A stretch of 64,000 nt of DNA from Klebsormidium nitens. Its lineage: Eukaryota; Plantae; Klebsormidiophyceae. Within the stretch, counting starts at the first letter, position 1. Each line of letters starts with the position of its first letter. The notes beneath the pieces are model-generated. The model was not told where the DNA came from. It was given only the letters and a program-made list of their open reading frames with translations, and did no database searches. Positions 59,501-64,000 of this stretch are shown here, piece after piece. Where the stretch lies: positions 50,626 through 114,625 of the forward strand of contig DF236974.1 in NCBI GenBank assembly GCA_000708835.1, in the 5' to 3' direction. Position numbers and translations under genes: made by a program.

Positions 59501-62500
59501 TTCTGCATTCGTCATATTACTCGTTAGGGGCAGTTGACTTAGCTCTTTGCGAGACTGCTGCTATGCATTTGGCGGTTTTAATCGCTGACGCCCCATTTCA
59601 GCCGAGGGTCGACGCTTGTAAGATGTTGTTTAGATCTCCGCGGAGTGCCTGCACGGCTACGATCTTAGAGCATCACCAAGTAGAACGCGATGCCAAATAC
59701 CGTTGTCGGGTTTTGGTCTTTCGTGACGAAGAGTCCCTGGAAAGTCTACAAAGCACGTGAAACGTGTGACGTGCTCGAAGCACAGGCTAACTGTTGATCT
59801 CTTCTCGCTGCACGTCTGCAGAACGGGAGCTTTCGGTTTGACCGGTTAGAGTCGCTGCTACGAGAGGTGAGTCCACATGCCGTATCGCCTCTGCTATCCA
59901 GAGCCTGGTGTGACGTCTAACTAAGTGTACGCATTATCCAGACCCAGTACCCGTCGACCTCCGGAGTGGCACGTTTGCCTCTTCCTTACACGCTCGAAAT
60001 TCAGCAGGTTCTCTGTTGTATCTGTTGCAGGCGAGGTTCTTACGGATAAGTTTCTTCTTTGTAAACCCTTTCAAATTACGTCTTGAACCATAGGTCCGTG
60101 CCCTCCACAGTTTGGCTGCCGGTCCCCAGCAACGAATGCACCGCCTGATCTGTTACACCTCCATGCTCATGTTTCCACAACCGCAAAATTGGCTTCTACT
60201 TATACGTTTCCTGAACCGCACTCGCGAGAGTATCACTGGAACTTCTTTCGTTAGGAGGCTTTACGTTTCCAGCATCAGCATTTACTCAATGCCTCGGACG
60301 TTGTGCAGTCCCAACGACCAGTGTTCGAGCCCGCCGAGGCGGACGTTCAAGAGGGGGAGAAGGACCGGCGACTCCTCAAAAAAGTACTCAAGTTCGCTCT
60401 TAGCGAAGAGGTACTCTCGCTTGAAAGCTGAAATGTTTCACCGTTGCTAATCGAGGAGAATTTGAACGCCTGTGTTGTCTCTGAGGAGTGGGGTGGTTGA
60501 CAGAACCGGATTTGATCTTCATACTCAGCGTTTTTCCGGCAAGCGTCTCGTGGAACTTTCATAATTGCTTCTAGAATAGAGGCATTGGAAATCTGCGTTA
60601 GAGCGGCGCAGCTAGCTAATCGAGACTGCTCATGGGTTCCACCCTTCCCTTCTATCTGTTTTGAGGACGAGCAATCCATGGAAATCTCCAATGTGCACCA
60701 ATGACATGCCGTTCGAAGTTTGAATCCGAGAAAGCTCTGCTGATGTCGTTAGTTCCCTGCTTAAAAGGCACGTGTTACTGGCTGCAGGGCGAGTTTGTGC
60801 GCGACGCTCTCCTGACAGAATTGACCAAGGTACGAATTGGCTTCCTGTTTCATCGACGCCTTCCCCCTGAATTTATTTGAGACACCTCACAACATGGAGA
60901 TGAGTGTTTCTACTTGCACGTTCTCACGATTTTCAGATCGTTTCAACGGCGTCCAGCGTGCTTGCGGGTCGTCCGTTCCGTTTGTGGACAAGGGTCAGCT
61001 CGACAAAAGCGTGCGAGACGAATCGGCGCTTCTTTGATGCACGCCACCATGCAGAAATGCAATCTGCCCCACAGCCCGAAAACCTTTGTGTATAGACCGA
61101 AGTTCAGATCTGCGACGTTGCTGATTTAGCTCAGTTCCTTGCTTCTTGTCCTACGACGCAGTTTTCCGAGAAAAGTGGCCACTCAAGCTCACCAGGTCTC
61201 GTTCCTAGCTCCTTGCATCCCTCTCCAGTCTCGATGGGCTGCTTTTCATATAGCCGCACGTCTTTCAGGGTCTTTCAGGGCCTTCTTCTAGGGCCTTCTA
61301 GGATCACAACCGGGCGCTCCTCGCTGGCCCGGTCTCTGGCCGCTCAGATTTGCGGGCTGTTCTTCCCCATTCTTCCCTATCCCAATTGTTCCAGGGTCCG
61401 ACCCTGCTTCACAAGGGTTTCACGTTCACAAGTGTACGTAGGCTGGTCAATTTCGCGATCCCTGCTCCGTAGCTTGATCTGTCAGGCTCTGTCTCCAAGT
61501 TGTGTGCATCCTTCTCTGCAGTCATGACTAGTCCTCAGCCTTTTACAGGGCCTTAACCCGTACAACCGCACTTTATCGACTCGCAAATGGCAGCCTCGGC
61601 ACCTCGTTGACACGTCTTACTGTCCCCTCATTACAGGGCCTTGACTCGTACAACCGCACCTGCTTTGACGCGATGTTTACTCTCCGCACCTCAGATCTTG
61701 AGGCCCTGTTTTCGGCTCTCCCGGACTCTTTCCTGACTGTGCAATTTACTATCTCGTCCGTTACAGGGCCTCGATGCGTACAACCGCGCTTTGTTTGACT
61801 CCGCGGTCGTCAATCTTCACGCCTCGTGTTTTGAGGCCCTGTTTCTGATTGTCCCGCACCTTTTTAAAACCCCCACTTTACCATCTCCCCCGTTACAGGG
61901 CCTCGATGCGTGCAGCCGCGCGCTGTCCGACTCCACGGTTGCGAGCCTCGGCACCTTGTTTCCCGAGGCCCGGTTCCCCATTCTCCCGCTTCTTTTCGAA
62001 ACCGCCCATTTACAAGAACTTTCGTTACAGGGCCTCGATGCCTGCTACCGTACGCTGATCGACCCTGCGCTTCAACCCAGCTTCCGGGACTTCTAGTGCC
62101 TAGGTCCGTTTCCGTACTTTGATCTCGTTTTACACTCGTCCTTATTCATTCAAGCCTCCTCACAGGGCCTCGACGCATACAACCGTGCGCTGTTCGACTC
62201 CGCGGTTTCCAACCTCCGCGCCTCGTTCCCCGCGCTCCCGCTCCCGCTCCCGGAGCCGCTCTCCGAGCCCGAGGACGACGAGGCGCTCGTCAACCTGCGC
62301 AAGTTCGGGGCGCTGCTGACGTCAGGCTCGGCGGACGGAGCGGCGGCGGCGCCGCCGCAGAGGGTGCAGCGGGTGACCACGGTTGGGGATGACGTCATCG
62401 TGAGTCCGCATATGATTCCAACCTCAGTAGATTCTGAAACACCTCTCTTGCAACCTTATGATACTAGACTTAGAGATTACTGGTTTGGTGAAGGCAGTGG

Positions 62501-63769
62501 CTCTGACACAGCCGGCTCGGCGGGAAACGGGGTGTTGACGTTATTGCAAAATCAAAGCATCCGAACCTCAGGTAGTCCCAAGATTGGGGCAATTGGGCTC
62601 CAGCTCTGCTCATTTCGGAGTCGTAAGGTCTCAGGGTTACATTCTCTAATACCGCACAAATTTGGAGCCGCGAAATCAAGAAAGTCGCTCTTGCGAAGGA
62701 AGTGCTCTGAGGTGATTCTTTGGATCCGATAGCTGCGAGCATTTGGACGCATTAACCACAGAAGTCTAGGCACTTAACATGGATGGTATGGGCCCTAGTT
62801 GCAGGTAAGAAAGTGGTTGCATGTCCAGTGATCAGACCTGTGATAACCAGCCGCGGAAGAAGGTAACGCCCCGGTTAATCTGTTTAATAACCTGAGATTT
62901 CAGGTTTGGACGCAACCTGGTTAACAGCCAAACCGTCAACCTAGTTCGCAGCCAAACCTCCTGTGAACGACAAGATTCAGGAAGGAAAAGGAGGGAGGAC
63001 GGAGAAAGTAAACGATGCAAAAACAACGTGAAAAGACAAGCTTGACTTTCTTGGTGATGCAGGTAGCCAGTATTAGCCGCGAAGCGAGGGAGTCGGCGGT
63101 GGAGCCGGCGCGGCCGCAGGTGGGGCTGGCGGACCTCTCGAAAGCCGTCGAACAGGCGCAGGCCCTGACCAAGTACGTACCGCAGCTGACGGTCCTAGCG
63201 GAGGTGAGTACCGTTCATGGGGTCTGTTTGATACTCGAGAGTTTGAGGGAACAACCGGGATGAGTGCGATTCAAAGAAACGGAATGCATGAATGCAGGCA
63301 GACACAAGTACACGAGGGAAAGTTGGGGAGACCGAACGTAAACGAGCAGAGTAGAAAGCAGAAGGCGAAGGAAGAAGACTGGTGAGGATCTGCAAAGTGG
63401 ACGCTCGAATCGAAGAGCAGCTGAAAGACACAGGGAAAGGAAAGGTAGTGACACGAGGCGCAGCAGGCAACCAATTGGGGTGGTTTACTATTCCGAAGAA
63501 CTCATTTTCATTTTTGCGTTGCCAAATCAAAGGAGACTGGCTTTAGCTTCATCCTGGATCGACTCTGCTTTCTCTGCGAGTCCCTCCCCAGACTTTCTCT
63601 TCCTAGCTGATGGAGATCTCTTACAAACACAATTTTTGTCGCTCCGCAGCTTCCGTTGAACGCACAACAGCAAGCGGCGCTGCTGCCGATCGAGCTGGCG
63701 GGCCGGCTGGTGTCCCGGGCAGCGGCTCGGACGATACGGCAGAGGCTGACGAACCCGGGCAGACGACGA
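53572..63769 (+). CDS. ABC1K5: ABC1 atypical kinase, ABC1K5-like (plastid), at least 15 exons, 3' end unresolved
   Basis: Exons 53572-54242, 54892-55095, 55544-55592, 55923-56096 (GC donor), 56389-56493, 57304-57449, 57809-57996, 58468-58762, 59272-59413, 59822-59866, 60255-60410, 60788-60829, 62166-62399, 63063-63203, 63650-~63769. Motifs LGPAFVKIGQAVSSRPD, AAASLGQVY, VAVKVQRPG, VLIMEWVEG, GFYHADPHPGN, YLDFGMM. Subfamily assigned from recalled similarity to Arabidopsis At1g71810. Confidence 0.92.
57091..57150 (+). repeat. Upstream copy of ABC1K exon-6 acceptor
   Basis: 34 identical nt gtccgactccccaggcggtggtggacgagtgggc at 57091 and 57290. Confidence 0.92.
58322..58361 (+). repeat. Upstream decayed copy of ABC1K exon-8 acceptor
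   Basis: cagacattggcatgatggaaagatcaaaccagaatctgc vs real cagacttcggcatgatgggcgagatcaagcagaacctgc (58465). Confidence 0.8.
61541..62200 (+). repeat. Tandem array (~132-bp unit) of ABC1K exon-13 acceptor plus exon start
   Basis: ACAG|GGCC acceptors end at 61548, 61636, 61766, 61898, 62030 and the real one at 62165. Each is followed by a variant of the GLDAYNRALFDS coding sequence. Confidence 0.93.
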
Positions 63770-64000
63770 GTGAGCTTCCCGAGAATCTTTGTCTGCTCTC
63801 TTTCTGCCAGTATTCCTACCGATACATCTGTGGAAACCATTGCTGGCAATCAGCAAGGTTTGAAGCTCTTTGTTGATTCTAGCAAACAAGGTATCCGGGG
63901 CTGCTACGCATTCATTTTCGGATGCGGATACAAATGCTCCGGTCTCTTCAACTTCAGACAATTTCAGTGCAGACACGGCTTTCAAAATTGGCGCCTGTCA

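Noticed and set aside
59600-60760. Faint exon-start relics before ABC1K exons 10-12
   Set aside because: Patchy similarity only; needs statistics.
15386-62200. Interspersed repeats as CRISPR arrays or transposon termini
   Set aside because: Eukaryotic context, degenerate units that each match the adjacent exon, and no cas, transposase, TIR, LTR or TSD seen.
63770-64000. Open frame continuing to the window end as ABC1K coding sequence
   Set aside because: Begins at a good GTGAGC donor, loses GC3 bias, and plant homologs end near RTIR; treated as unresolved.

Overview
Eukaryotic, intron-rich nuclear DNA from a streptophyte alga. Klebsormidium-like is my inference from the land-plant-type gene set, GC3-rich exons and 0.3-1.3 kb introns. 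I reconstructed 12 protein genes by hand from splice sites and recalled plant homologues: LPLAT/LPCAT (-), SixA-like histidine phosphatase (+), DHAR (+), WAT1/UMAMIT EamA transporter (-), LC8-family dynein light chain (+), KRI1 (-), an intronless RgpF-like glycosyltransferase (+), LPA3-like DUF1995 (+), SUT sucrose transporter (-), CRM/YhbY protein (+), SET-domain methyltransferase (-) and ABC1K5-like kinase (+, 3' end unresolved). There is also an intron-containing tRNA-Lys(CTT). The most striking pattern is that introns of four genes carry tandem, progressively decayed copies of their own splice junction. Acceptor-plus-exon-start copies lie upstream of exons and exon-end-plus-donor copies lie downstream, spaced about 90-200 bp apart. 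Many keep an intact AG, and where I translated them they run into premature stops. Other oddities are two GC-AG introns, an apparent +1 frameshift in a G8 run of the SUT gene, a nested antisense coiled-coil ORF relic, and a 25-bp element shared by two divergent promoters. No CRISPR array or recognisable transposon was found. No database searches were run; homology calls are from remembered motifs.
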